Shown: positions 18,889 through 26,869 of the stretch, piece by piece
Layout: the number at the start of each line of letters is the position of its first letter
Position numbering within the stretch: the stretch's first letter is position 1
Assembly (NCBI GenBank): GCA_041910735.1
Contig: JAYRQF010000018.1
Location: 1-38,419 of the forward strand
Source: Limnohabitans sp.
GTDB lineage: Bacteria > Pseudomonadota > Gammaproteobacteria > Burkholderiales > Burkholderiaceae_C
Reading direction: 5' to 3'
DNA length: 38,419 bases
Made by a program: the position numbers and the translations under genes
The notes under the pieces: generated by a model
Database searches by the model: none
What the model was told of the DNA's origin: nothing
Seen by the model: only the letters and a program-made list of their open reading frames with translations

Positions 18889-18942
18889 ACTTTGAAGCCA
18901 ATGCATGACCGGTCTGCGGCATTTCAATGAACTTTCGATGAC
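18889..18942 (-). promoter_or_regulatory. Four-half-site Pho box array plus -10 upstream of olsB-plcP
   Basis: Minus strand GTCAT/TTCAT/GCCGC/GTCAT (plus-strand starts 18938, 18927, 18916, 18905; 11-bp period), then 10 nt, then CAAAGT. Confidence 0.75.
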
Positions 18943-18947
18943 ATGCG

Positions 18948-18965
18948 CCGACACTGCATGGTCAC
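18948..18965 (+). promoter_or_regulatory. Putative Pho box upstream of phaC
   Basis: GACAC(18950)tgcatgGTCAC(18961). The -10 element is not clearly recognisable. Confidence 0.5.
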
Positions 18966-19032
18966 ACCCCATGCCTGACCTGATTTCCCACCGTCCACTG
19001 CACCCCGTCATGGACCTTACCGGAACAAGCAC

Positions 19033-20841
19033 ATGAAAACCCCAGACCCCGACCACATCAACACCGGGCCACACAGCCTTGACCAGCACATCCAGGCGGC
19101 CAATGCGAAACTGTTTTTTGGACTTTCCCCGATTTCGCTTGCATTGGCCAATGCAGACTGGCTGCTGAACCTGGCCAGCTCACCCGGCACCCTGCTGGAT
19201 CTGCAGGAAGAAGCGTTTCGCAATGGCCTGCTCTGGCTGCAACGCACGGACCAGATTGCCCAAAGCTGCATGGCCAGACGTCTGGATGCGCTGACCGGCA
19301 ACGCCAACAACGATGTTGCGGTCAATCGGGTCACGCAAGACCCGCGCTACACCCACGAGGCCTGGGAGTTCTTCCCCTGGCTGAGCTGGATCGAGGCCCA
19401 CGCGCTCGGCGAGCAGTGGTGGCAGCACGCCACACAACTGCGCGGCATGCGCCCGCACAGCCAGGAGCAGATGCGTTTTTATGCCTCCAAGTGGCTGGAC
19501 TTCATGGCACCGGGCAACACCCTGCTGACCAATCCCCAAGCCATGGACGCGGCCTTGCGCTCCGGCGGCCAGTCCCTGCTCAAAGGCATGAAGCACGCGG
19601 TGGACGAATGGCAACAGAAAATCGGCATGGCCACTGACAATGACGGAGAGCCGCCCCTGCAGCCCGGCCAGGGCCTGGCCATGACGCGTGGTGAAGTGGT
19701 GATGCGCAACCACATGGTGGAGCTGATCCAGTACGCCCCCACCACCGCGCAGGTGCATGCCGAGCCGGTGCTGATCGTGCCCTCCTGCATCATGAAGTAC
19801 TACATCATGGACTTGTCGCCACACAACTCCATGGTGCGCTGGCTGGTCTCGCAGGGGCACACCGTCTTCATGGTGTCCTGGCGCAACCCGGACGAAAACG
19901 ATGCCCTGCTGCTGATGGACGATTACGTCAACGAGGGCGTGCTGGCCAGCCTGCACCATGTGGCCCAGACCACGGGTGAAAGCGTGCACCTGATGGGCTA
20001 CTGCCTGGGCGGCACCTTTGCCGCCATGGCAGCGGCGGCTCTGGAGCGCGAACGCATCACCACCGCAGCAGATGCCACAGAAAGTGGCATCTGGCTGGCC
20101 AGTCTGAGCCTGCTGGCAGCCGAGACCGATTTCCGCGAGCCTGGAGAAATGGGTGTGTTGATCGACGATGCGCAGGTGCGCATGCTCGAAGACATGATGG
20201 CCGAGACGGGCTATCTGACGGGCCGCCAGATGGCGGGCTCCTTCCAGTTCCTGCACTCGCGCGAGCTGGTCTGGTCCAGCCAGACCCGACGCTGGCTGCT
20301 GGGCGAAGAAGAAATTCCCAATGACCTGATGGTCTGGAACGCCGACGTGACCCGACTTCCGGCGGCCATGCACAGCCAGTACCTGCGGCAATGCTTTTTG
20401 CACAACGATCTGGCCAGCGGCAACTTTGTGCTGTCGGGGCACTCCATCAATCTGCGCGACATTCACCTGCCCGTGTTTGCCGTGGGCACGGTCAAGGACC
20501 ACGTCGCACCCTGGCGCTCGGTCTACAAGCTGCACCGCCTGGTCTCCTCGCCCGTGACCTTTGTGCTGACCAATGGCGGACACAACGCCGGCATCATTTC
20601 CGAGCCGGGCCATGCGGGACGGCATTACCAGCAACTGACGCTGGAGCTGGACGATCCGCGGCTGTCGCCCGATGAATGGATGCAGCAGGCCCCGCGCCAC
20701 GAGGGCAGCTGGTGGACCGCCTGGAGTCAATGGCTGGTCCAAAAAGGCGATGGTCGCAAGGTCAAGGCCCGCGTGCCAGCCCACGACGCCGAACTGGGCG
20801 CCGCCCCCGGACAGTATGTGATGGTACGCTACGGGGACTGA
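19033..20841 (+). CDS. phaC: Poly(3-hydroxyalkanoate) synthase
   Basis: N-terminal GLSP...ADWLLNLASSPG, ELIQYAP, IMKYYIMDLSPHNS, lipase box GYCLGG, WNADVT, catalytic D (KDHVAPW) and H (GGHNAG), GSWW, APGQYV. Confidence 0.92.
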   Translation: MKTPDPDHINTGPHSLDQHIQAANAKLFFGLSPISLALANADWLLNLASSPGTLLDLQEEAFRNGLLWLQRTDQIAQSCMARRLDALTGNANNDVAVNRVTQDPRYTHEAWEFFPWLSWIEAHALGEQWWQHATQLRGMRPHSQEQMRFYASKWLDFMAPGNTLLTNPQAMDAALRSGGQSLLKGMKHAVDEWQQKIGMATDNDGEPPLQPGQGLAMTRGEVVMRNHMVELIQYAPTTAQVHAEPVLIVPSCIMKYYIMDLSPHNSMVRWLVSQGHTVFMVSWRNPDENDALLLMDDYVNEGVLASLHHVAQTTGESVHLMGYCLGGTFAAMAAAALERERITTAADATESGIWLASLSLLAAETDFREPGEMGVLIDDAQVRMLEDMMAETGYLTGRQMAGSFQFLHSRELVWSSQTRRWLLGEEEIPNDLMVWNADVTRLPAAMHSQYLRQCFLHNDLASGNFVLSGHSINLRDIHLPVFAVGTVKDHVAPWRSVYKLHRLVSSPVTFVLTNGGHNAGIISEPGHAGRHYQQLTLELDDPRLSPDEWMQQAPRHEGSWWTAWSQWLVQKGDGRKVKARVPAHDAELGAAPGQYVMVRYGD

Positions 20842-20863
20842 CCGGACACCCTGCCTGTCTGGA

Positions 20864-21739
20864 TCACGCGCAGCGCACCAGCGGCTGCCCCATGCGGATG
20901 CGTGCGCCAGTCTCGATGCCGGGCGCCAGCACCATGCCCAGCGGCACAAACACCAGGATGGTGGAGCCATGCTGGAACCAGCCCATCTCTTGACCTTTGG
21001 CGTAACGGGCATCGCAGTCAATTTCGTTGGGGCCCTTGTAGCGCAGGTGCAGCAGCACGTCGGCCGCGTGCAGACGCATGCTGGCCACCAGCACCGCTGC
21101 CACCGGCACCATCAGAAAAGGACGACCATCGTTCAGGCGCATGTGCAGCACAGCACGCTCGTTCTTGCAAAACAGCTGCTCGACCCGCTTGAGCGCGATC
21201 GGGTTGACGTTCCAGGTGTCACCCGAGAGGTAGGTCACATGCTCCAGCCGGCTGTCGTGCGGTGCATGGAAGCGGTGGTACATGCTCGACGTCAGACGCA
21301 GCGTGATGAACCGACCGCCTTCGAGTTGCTGCGGCCAGTGCCTGCAGTCTGGCGAGTCGCCCAGCAGGGACTGCAGGGTGTAGGGAAAGCCTTTGGCCTG
21401 GAAGACCTGGCCTTTTTCAATGCTGCCGCAGGCCCCCACGATGGCGTCGCAGGGTGAGCTCATCACCTCGGGCCGGGTGTCAATCGTGCGTGCCCCCGGG
21501 CGCAGTTCGCGGGTAAAGCACTCGTGCAGGCTGGCGAAGTGTTTTTGCTTTGCATCGCTGAGGTCCAGATCGCTGAACTGGCGCCACACCGCCAGCGACA
21601 GCCTGACCACCCAGGGGTTGCGGATCTGGCTCCACCAGCCCATGAAGTGGGTCAGCGTGATGCGCGGGATGCGGTTGGTGAGCAGAAAGTTCAGGTCTTC
21701 CTGATGCATCCACTGTCTGAAGCGTTTCTGGATTTTCAT
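20864..21739 (-). CDS. psd: Phosphatidylserine decarboxylase family proenzyme (pyruvoyl-dependent)
   Basis: CFTRELRPGAR, SPCDA, QAKGFPY, YHRFHAP, LFCKNERAV and cleavage motif GWFQHGSTI. The family is clear but the substrate is not established. Confidence 0.85.
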   Translation of the reverse strand: MKIQKRFRQWMHQEDLNFLLTNRIPRITLTHFMGWWSQIRNPWVVRLSLAVWRQFSDLDLSDAKQKHFASLHECFTRELRPGARTIDTRPEVMSSPCDAIVGACGSIEKGQVFQAKGFPYTLQSLLGDSPDCRHWPQQLEGGRFITLRLTSSMYHRFHAPHDSRLEHVTYLSGDTWNVNPIALKRVEQLFCKNERAVLHMRLNDGRPFLMVPVAAVLVASMRLHAADVLLHLRYKGPNEIDCDARYAKGQEMGWFQHGSTILVFVPLGMVLAPGIETGARIRMGQPLVRCA

Positions 21740-21772
21740 CGTGATGTCACGTCAAATTCATACAAATGGCAT
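21733..21772 (+). promoter_or_regulatory. Pho box array upstream of the aminotransferase, overlapping the psd start codon
   Basis: TTCAT(21735), GTCAC(21746), TTCAT(21757), GGCAT(21768): exact 11-bp period. Confidence 0.65.
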
Positions 21773-21797
21773 TCAGTCGCAACCAAGGAGGAACGAC

Positions 21798-23438
21798 ATG
21801 GATGTTTACTGGGCAGGCTTGGGTGTTCTGGCTGCACTCAGCCCCGCGATCAGGCGCCGGATTGAACTTTCGCGCGCCAAGCACCGCTCGCTGGCTGGCC
21901 ATTCGCGCATGGCCAAGCGCCTGGCCCGCTGGATGCCGGGCTACAGCTTGGACGAAGACCGTTTTTTTGACTGCGATGGCGCCCCAGCCGATGTGGCCGC
22001 TCGGCGCAAGGCTGCGTTTTTCGAACTGGCCAAAAACTTGCAGATGCGCCACGAACTGTCGCTGCGCACCACACAGCAGGCGCGCGAGCACATCAGTGAC
22101 CTGCAATTCACCGCGGCCTACCGCGTGCCGTTTCCATTCAGCAAGCTGGTGCGCGAACACCTCAAGGTGGGCGCTTTTCTGCAGTCTGCGCAGGGCGTGG
22201 AGGTCACCGATCTGGACGACCAGCGCTTCTACGACCTGACCGGCTCGTACGGCGTCAACATCTTTGGCGCCGACTTCTACAAGCAGACCATGGCACAAGG
22301 CATGGCCACGGCGCAGGCGCTGGGGCCGGTGCTGGGGGCCTACCACCCCTGCGTGGCCAGCAACGCGCAGCGCCTGTGCGCGCTGTCGGGCATGGATGAG
22401 GTGTCGTTCCACATGTCGGGCACCGAAGCAGTGATGCAGGCGGTGCGTCTGGCCCGCTACCACACGAAACGCAAGCACCTGGTGCGCTTTTGCGGCGCCT
22501 ACCACGGCTGGTGGGAAGACGTGCAACCCGGCCCGGGCAACCCCCTGCCGCCGCGCGAGACCTACACCCTGAGCGACATGAGTGAACGCAGCCTGCAGGT
22601 GCTGCGCAGCCGCAAGGACATCGCCTGCGTGCTGGTCAACCCGCTGCAGGCCCTGCACCCCAACAAGAACGCGCCGGGGGACTCGACACTGGTGGACAGC
22701 AGCCGCAGCGCCGGCTATGACCGCGCTGCCTACACCGCCTGGTTGCGCCAGTTGCGCCAAGTGTGTACCGAGCGCGGCATTGCCCTGATTTTTGACGAAG
22801 TGTTTCTGGGCTTTCGTCTGGCGCAGGGCGGCGCGCAGGCCTACTTTGGCGTGCAGGCCGATCTGGTCACTTACGGCAAGACGCTGGGCGGTGGCTTTCC
22901 GGTGGGCGTGGTGTGCGGCAAGAGCACCTGGATGCGGCGCTGGCGCGACGAGCGTCCGGCCGACATCTGCTTTGCGCGCGGCACCTTCAACGCCCACCCG
23001 GTGGTCATGGCGGCCATGTCGGCCTTTCTGGACCAGCTGGATACCCCAGAGGTGCAGGCCATCTACGAAGGACTGGACGAGCGCTGGAACGCGCGTGCGC
23101 TGCGCTTCAACCAGGCGATGCAGGACCAGGGTCTGCCGGTACGTGCGGCCAACATGTCCAGCGTCTGGACGCTGAGCTACACGCAGCCGGGCCGCTACAA
23201 CTGGATGCTGCAGTACTACCTGCGTCTGCATGGTCTGGCCTTGAGTTGGGTGGGAACGGGGCGGCTGATCTTCAGCCTCAACTACAGCGAGCAGGACTTC
23301 GATGCCGTGCTGGAGCGCTTTGTGCAGGCGGCTTCGCAGATGCGTGCCGATGGCTGGTGGTGGCAAGGCCCCGAGCTGAGCAACAAAACCATTCGCCGCC
23401 GCATCCTGCGCGAGACCTTCGGGTTGCAAGCGCGCTGA
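21798..23438 (+). CDS. Class III PLP-dependent aminotransferase (GSA-aminomutase-like fold) with hydrophobic N-terminus
   Basis: AAGGAGG RBS before ATG 21798. Motifs SGTEAVMQAVRLAR, FCGAYHG, LIFDEVFLGFR, PLP lysine in DLVTYGKTLGGGFPVG, GTFNAHP. N-terminal YWAGLGVLAAL. Confidence 0.85.
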   Translation: MDVYWAGLGVLAALSPAIRRRIELSRAKHRSLAGHSRMAKRLARWMPGYSLDEDRFFDCDGAPADVAARRKAAFFELAKNLQMRHELSLRTTQQAREHISDLQFTAAYRVPFPFSKLVREHLKVGAFLQSAQGVEVTDLDDQRFYDLTGSYGVNIFGADFYKQTMAQGMATAQALGPVLGAYHPCVASNAQRLCALSGMDEVSFHMSGTEAVMQAVRLARYHTKRKHLVRFCGAYHGWWEDVQPGPGNPLPPRETYTLSDMSERSLQVLRSRKDIACVLVNPLQALHPNKNAPGDSTLVDSSRSAGYDRAAYTAWLRQLRQVCTERGIALIFDEVFLGFRLAQGGAQAYFGVQADLVTYGKTLGGGFPVGVVCGKSTWMRRWRDERPADICFARGTFNAHPVVMAAMSAFLDQLDTPEVQAIYEGLDERWNARALRFNQAMQDQGLPVRAANMSSVWTLSYTQPGRYNWMLQYYLRLHGLALSWVGTGRLIFSLNYSEQDFDAVLERFVQAASQMRADGWWWQGPELSNKTIRRRILRETFGLQAR

Positions 23439-23446
23439 ACGCCCAT

Positions 23447-23474
23447 CAGCACGCCCGGTTCACCGGGCGTGCTG
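23447..23474. terminator. 12-bp hairpin between convergent genes
   Basis: CAGCACGCCCGG-TTCA-CCGGGCGTGCTG between the aminotransferase and Mpo1-like stop codons. No U tract. Confidence 0.6.
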
Positions 23475-23479
23475 TGCAC

Positions 23480-24118
23480 TCAGCGCTGCTGTTTGACCAG
23501 GTATTGCTCTGCCTCGGCGGCCAGCTCGGCAGCGGTGGCAAAACGTTTACCCTGCAGCAGCTGCCAAGGGGCCTTGTGGTAGAGGTAAACGTCGTGCAGC
23601 GGATCGGTCAGGATCTTGCTCATCCAGGCCAGTGCTTCTTGCGGCCCCTTCAGGAAGACCAGATGCACGGTGCGGAACAACAAGGCGCCAATGCCCAGGT
23701 AGAGCCAGGCCGTGCCGACGGCGCGCAGAAACTCGTACCAGCCCTCATGCTCAGGCAACAGACCAAACAAGCCGGGGTTCATGTAGATGCCCATGGGCAG
23801 CAAAGCCCAGATGCTCAGCAGCACCATCTTGCGGCGCAGGTTGTAGCCCACCTTGATGTCTTCCTTGTATTCGTTGCTGGCCTGGTTGATCTCGTCGTAA
23901 CCCAGTGGCTCAAAGAAGAAGTGCCCTGCCTGGCGCGAGGTCATGGACACCAGCCAGCCGATCAGGGCCGACCACACCGGATCAATGAACAGCATCGCAT
24001 AGGCCACCAGAAAGCTCAGGGCGCTGAGCAGGTGCAGCGACTGGTTGATGCGGCAGTGGTGGTAGTAGCGGTGATCGTCCCAGCGCTGGACTCTCAGGGT
24101 CTGCAGAAATTCTTTCAC
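23480..24118 (-). CDS. Integral membrane protein, Mpo1/DUF962-like (putative metal-dependent lipid oxygenase)
   Basis: GTG start with GAGG RBS. His motifs YHHCRINQSLH and RQAGHFFFEP resemble the Mpo1/DUF962 H-x-N-x-H and QxxGHxxFE signature. About four hydrophobic segments. Confidence 0.65.
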   Translation of the reverse strand: MKEFLQTLRVQRWDDHRYYHHCRINQSLHLLSALSFLVAYAMLFIDPVWSALIGWLVSMTSRQAGHFFFEPLGYDEINQASNEYKEDIKVGYNLRRKMVLLSIWALLPMGIYMNPGLFGLLPEHEGWYEFLRAVGTAWLYLGIGALLFRTVHLVFLKGPQEALAWMSKILTDPLHDVYLYHKAPWQLLQGKRFATAAELAAEAEQYLVKQQR

Positions 24119-24148
24119 GAATGAACCTCACAATGGTGATGAGCCAAC

Positions 24149-24182
24149 ATCTTGGGCATCTGCTGTTAAAAATTGGTGACAG
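24149..24182 (-). promoter_or_regulatory. Pho box plus -10 upstream of the Mpo1-like gene
   Basis: Minus strand CTGTCACcaatttTTAAC, then 10 nt, then CAAGAT. Confidence 0.6.
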
Positions 24183-24190
24183 GCCGTCAT

Positions 24191-24264
24191 GACACGGTTC
24201 GGTCACAACAATTTCAAAAGAATGCCGCCTCTGTCATCAAGCCGTTAAAGAGCCAGACCACCAT
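24191..24264 (+). promoter_or_regulatory. Pho boxes plus -10 upstream of the glycosyltransferase
   Basis: GACAC(24191)/GTCAC(24202)/TTCAA(24213), and a second pair GTCAT(24233)/GTTAA(24244) followed by 10 nt and CACCAT. Confidence 0.65.
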
Positions 24265-24270
24265 GCCCGC

Positions 24271-25473
24271 ATGGACCTGCCCGAACGCGATCGCATCCTG
24301 GTAGAAAACTACCTGCCCCCCACACAATCGCTGCGCATTGCCGTGGTCACCGAAACTTGGCCGCCCGAAGTCAATGGCGTGGCCATCACGCTCTCGCGGC
24401 TGGTGCATGGCCTGTGCGCCAGAGGCCATGCGATCCAGCTGATCCGCCCACGGCAGGACAAGCACGAAACGGCAATGGCTGACGAGGACATGTCCGAGCT
24501 GCTGCTCAAGGGACTGCCGATTCCACGTTACCCGCAACTCAAGCTCGGCCTGCCCAGCAAGAAAGCCCTGATTCGGGCCTGGACCCTGCGACGACCAGAT
24601 CTGGTGCACATTGCCACCGAGGGCCCTCTGGGCTGGTCGGCCTTGCAGGCTGCACGACACCTGCGACTGCCGGTGACCTCCGACTTCCGGACCAATTTCC
24701 ACAGCTACAGCAAGCACTACGGCGTGGGCTGGCTGAGCAAGCCCATCGTGGCTTACCTGCGCAAGTTCCACAACCACACGGCTTGCACCATGGTGCCCAC
24801 ACGCCTGCTGCGCAGCGAACTGCAAAAGCTCGGCTTTGACAGGCTGCGCGTGGTGGCCCGAGGCGTGGACACCACCCTGTTCCATCCGGCAAGGCGCAAC
24901 GAAGCCTTGCGACAACAGTGGAACGCCCACCCCGACACGCTGGTGCTGCTGTCCACCGGACGGCTTGCTCCGGAGAAGAACCTGGATCTGGTGGTGAAGA
25001 CTTACCTGGCCTTGCGTGCGGCCAACCGGTCGGTACGACTGGTGTTTGCCGGCGACGGTCCTTACCGCGAACAGCTGCTGATCCGGTGTCCGGACGCGGT
25101 GTTTCTGGGCATGTGTGACCACGAACAGCTGGCCACCATCTACCCGAGTGCAGACCTGTTCCTGTTCCCCAGCCTGACCGAGACCTTCGGTAACGTGACG
25201 CTCGAAGCACTGGCCAGCGGCACGCCGGTACTGGCGTTTGACAGCGCCGCGGCCTCCGAACTGGTGCAGCCGGAGCACAACGGCTGGCTGGTGCAAGGGG
25301 AGCGTGAAGAAGACTTCGTGGACAAGGCGCTTGAAGTGACACGTGACCCTGCCCTGCTCATGGGCATGCGCGCACACACCAGCGCGAGCGTGGCCACACT
25401 CGACTGGCAGCAGATCGTGATGCTGGTGGAGGGTCTTTTTCTGCAGACACAGGCCACGGCATCACAGCCCTGA
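24271..25473 (+). CDS. GT4 family glycosyltransferase (Agt-like diacylglycerol glycosyltransferase, putative)
   Basis: VVTETWPPEVNGVA, VHIATEGPLG, RGVDTTLFHP, GRLAPEKN, FPSLTETFGNVTLEALASGTPV (E-x7-E motif). Confidence 0.85.
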   Translation: MDLPERDRILVENYLPPTQSLRIAVVTETWPPEVNGVAITLSRLVHGLCARGHAIQLIRPRQDKHETAMADEDMSELLLKGLPIPRYPQLKLGLPSKKALIRAWTLRRPDLVHIATEGPLGWSALQAARHLRLPVTSDFRTNFHSYSKHYGVGWLSKPIVAYLRKFHNHTACTMVPTRLLRSELQKLGFDRLRVVARGVDTTLFHPARRNEALRQQWNAHPDTLVLLSTGRLAPEKNLDLVVKTYLALRAANRSVRLVFAGDGPYREQLLIRCPDAVFLGMCDHEQLATIYPSADLFLFPSLTETFGNVTLEALASGTPVLAFDSAAASELVQPEHNGWLVQGEREEDFVDKALEVTRDPALLMGMRAHTSASVATLDWQQIVMLVEGLFLQTQATASQP

Positions 25474-26706
25474 TCAGAAATGGCGGCGCCAAACGGGCCG
25501 GCACACCGGCAGCATGCCCAGCACCAGCACAAGCGACAGCATGAGCATCACGCCCCACAACGGCACGCCCAGCGCAAGGCTGCCGCTGTAGAACGCCAGC
25601 ATCACCAGCACCGAGGCGTTTTCATTGAAACCTTGCACCGCGATCGAGCGGCCTGCCGTCAGGATGCTGGCGCCCCGATGCTGCAGCAGGGCATTCATCG
25701 GCACCAGCAGCATCCCCCCCACGGCACCGGCCAGCATCAGCATTGGAATGGCCAGCCAGAGCGAGCGGACCCATGCCAGTGCCGGCAGCAGCGCGGCCAG
25801 CAACAAACCCATGGGCAACACCCTGCGCGCCGAATGCAGGCGGTAGCAGCGCCCGGCCATGGCCGCGCCCACAATCACGCCCACTGCCACCAGCGCCTGC
25901 ATCCAGGCGCCCTGCTCCAGACCCAGGCCCAGGCCCTGCTGCGCCCACACCAGCACTGCGAACTGCATCACAGCGCCCACACCCCAGTACAAGGTTGTGA
26001 CGTAGAGCGAAACACCGCCCAGCGGATCGCGCCAGAGGCTGCGGTTGCTGTCGAGAAAGCTCGACCACGACACGGCACGCCAGCTCAAAGGCGTGAGCCG
26101 CATGCCGCCAGGTACCTGCCGGATGCCGGCGTTCAGCAGCGCCGCCGCACCATAGACCAGCACCACCACGGCAAAGCCATGCAACTGCTGCGTGGACAGT
26201 CCCAGCACACCTTCGGTCCAGTCCTGCATCTGTTTATCCATGCCTGGCGGCAGCTGCAGGCCAACCAGCACACCACCCAGTGCCGCCCCCAGAATCACCG
26301 ACAGCACCACTGAAACCTCCAGCCAGCCGTTGGCATGCACCAGCCAACGCGGCGGCACCGATTCGGTGACGAGGCCGTATTTGGCGGGCGCGTAGGCAGA
26401 GGCGGCCAGCCCGATCACTGCAAAAGCCAGCACCGGATGCGCACCCATCAGCATGCACACCACGCCCAGGAGCTTGAGTGCGTTCATGCCGGCCATGAGC
26501 TTCGCTTTGGGCAAGGCATCGGCCAAAGGCCCCATGACAGGGGCAAGAAGCACATAGGCCAGATTGAAAGCAAATTTGAGCAGCGGCGCCCACCAGCCCG
26601 GATACCCCTGTTCCTGCAGGAAACGGATGCTGACGATGAGCAGCGCGTTGTCGGCCAGACCCGATGCGAATTGCGCGCCGATCAGGTAATAAAACCCAGG
26701 GGGCAT
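25474..26706 (-). CDS. lplT: Lysophospholipid transporter LplT (MFS)
   Basis: AQFASGLADNALL, PAKYGLVTE, ANGWLE, VPMNALLQHRG, AGRSIAVQGFNEN. Confidence 0.88.
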   Translation of the reverse strand: MPPGFYYLIGAQFASGLADNALLIVSIRFLQEQGYPGWWAPLLKFAFNLAYVLLAPVMGPLADALPKAKLMAGMNALKLLGVVCMLMGAHPVLAFAVIGLAASAYAPAKYGLVTESVPPRWLVHANGWLEVSVVLSVILGAALGGVLVGLQLPPGMDKQMQDWTEGVLGLSTQQLHGFAVVVLVYGAAALLNAGIRQVPGGMRLTPLSWRAVSWSSFLDSNRSLWRDPLGGVSLYVTTLYWGVGAVMQFAVLVWAQQGLGLGLEQGAWMQALVAVGVIVGAAMAGRCYRLHSARRVLPMGLLLAALLPALAWVRSLWLAIPMLMLAGAVGGMLLVPMNALLQHRGASILTAGRSIAVQGFNENASVLVMLAFYSGSLALGVPLWGVMLMLSLVLVLGMLPVCRPVWRRHF

Positions 26707-26770
26707 CCGCAGGTACGCCTCGTCAAAGCAGCCACAATGATTTCAACATGCACATCTCAACATCCGGCAC

Positions 26771-26824
26771 ATGCTTGCACCGTTCGATGACGGCATTGGG
26801 GCAATCATTTGAAAATTTGATGAC
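26771..26824 (-). promoter_or_regulatory. Pho box array plus -10 upstream of lplT
   Basis: Minus strand GTCAT-N6-TTCAA-N6-GCCCC-N6-GTCAT, then 10 nt, then AAGCAT. Confidence 0.65.
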
Positions 26825-26869
26825 GAACGCACCCCTCATCTGTTGGGGCCGACACGGTAAACTGCCCGC

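Noticed and set aside
21798-23438. Calling the aminotransferase hemL
   Set aside because: It is much longer than HemL, has a hydrophobic N-terminus and a divergent GTFNAHP motif, and lacks tetrapyrrole gene context.
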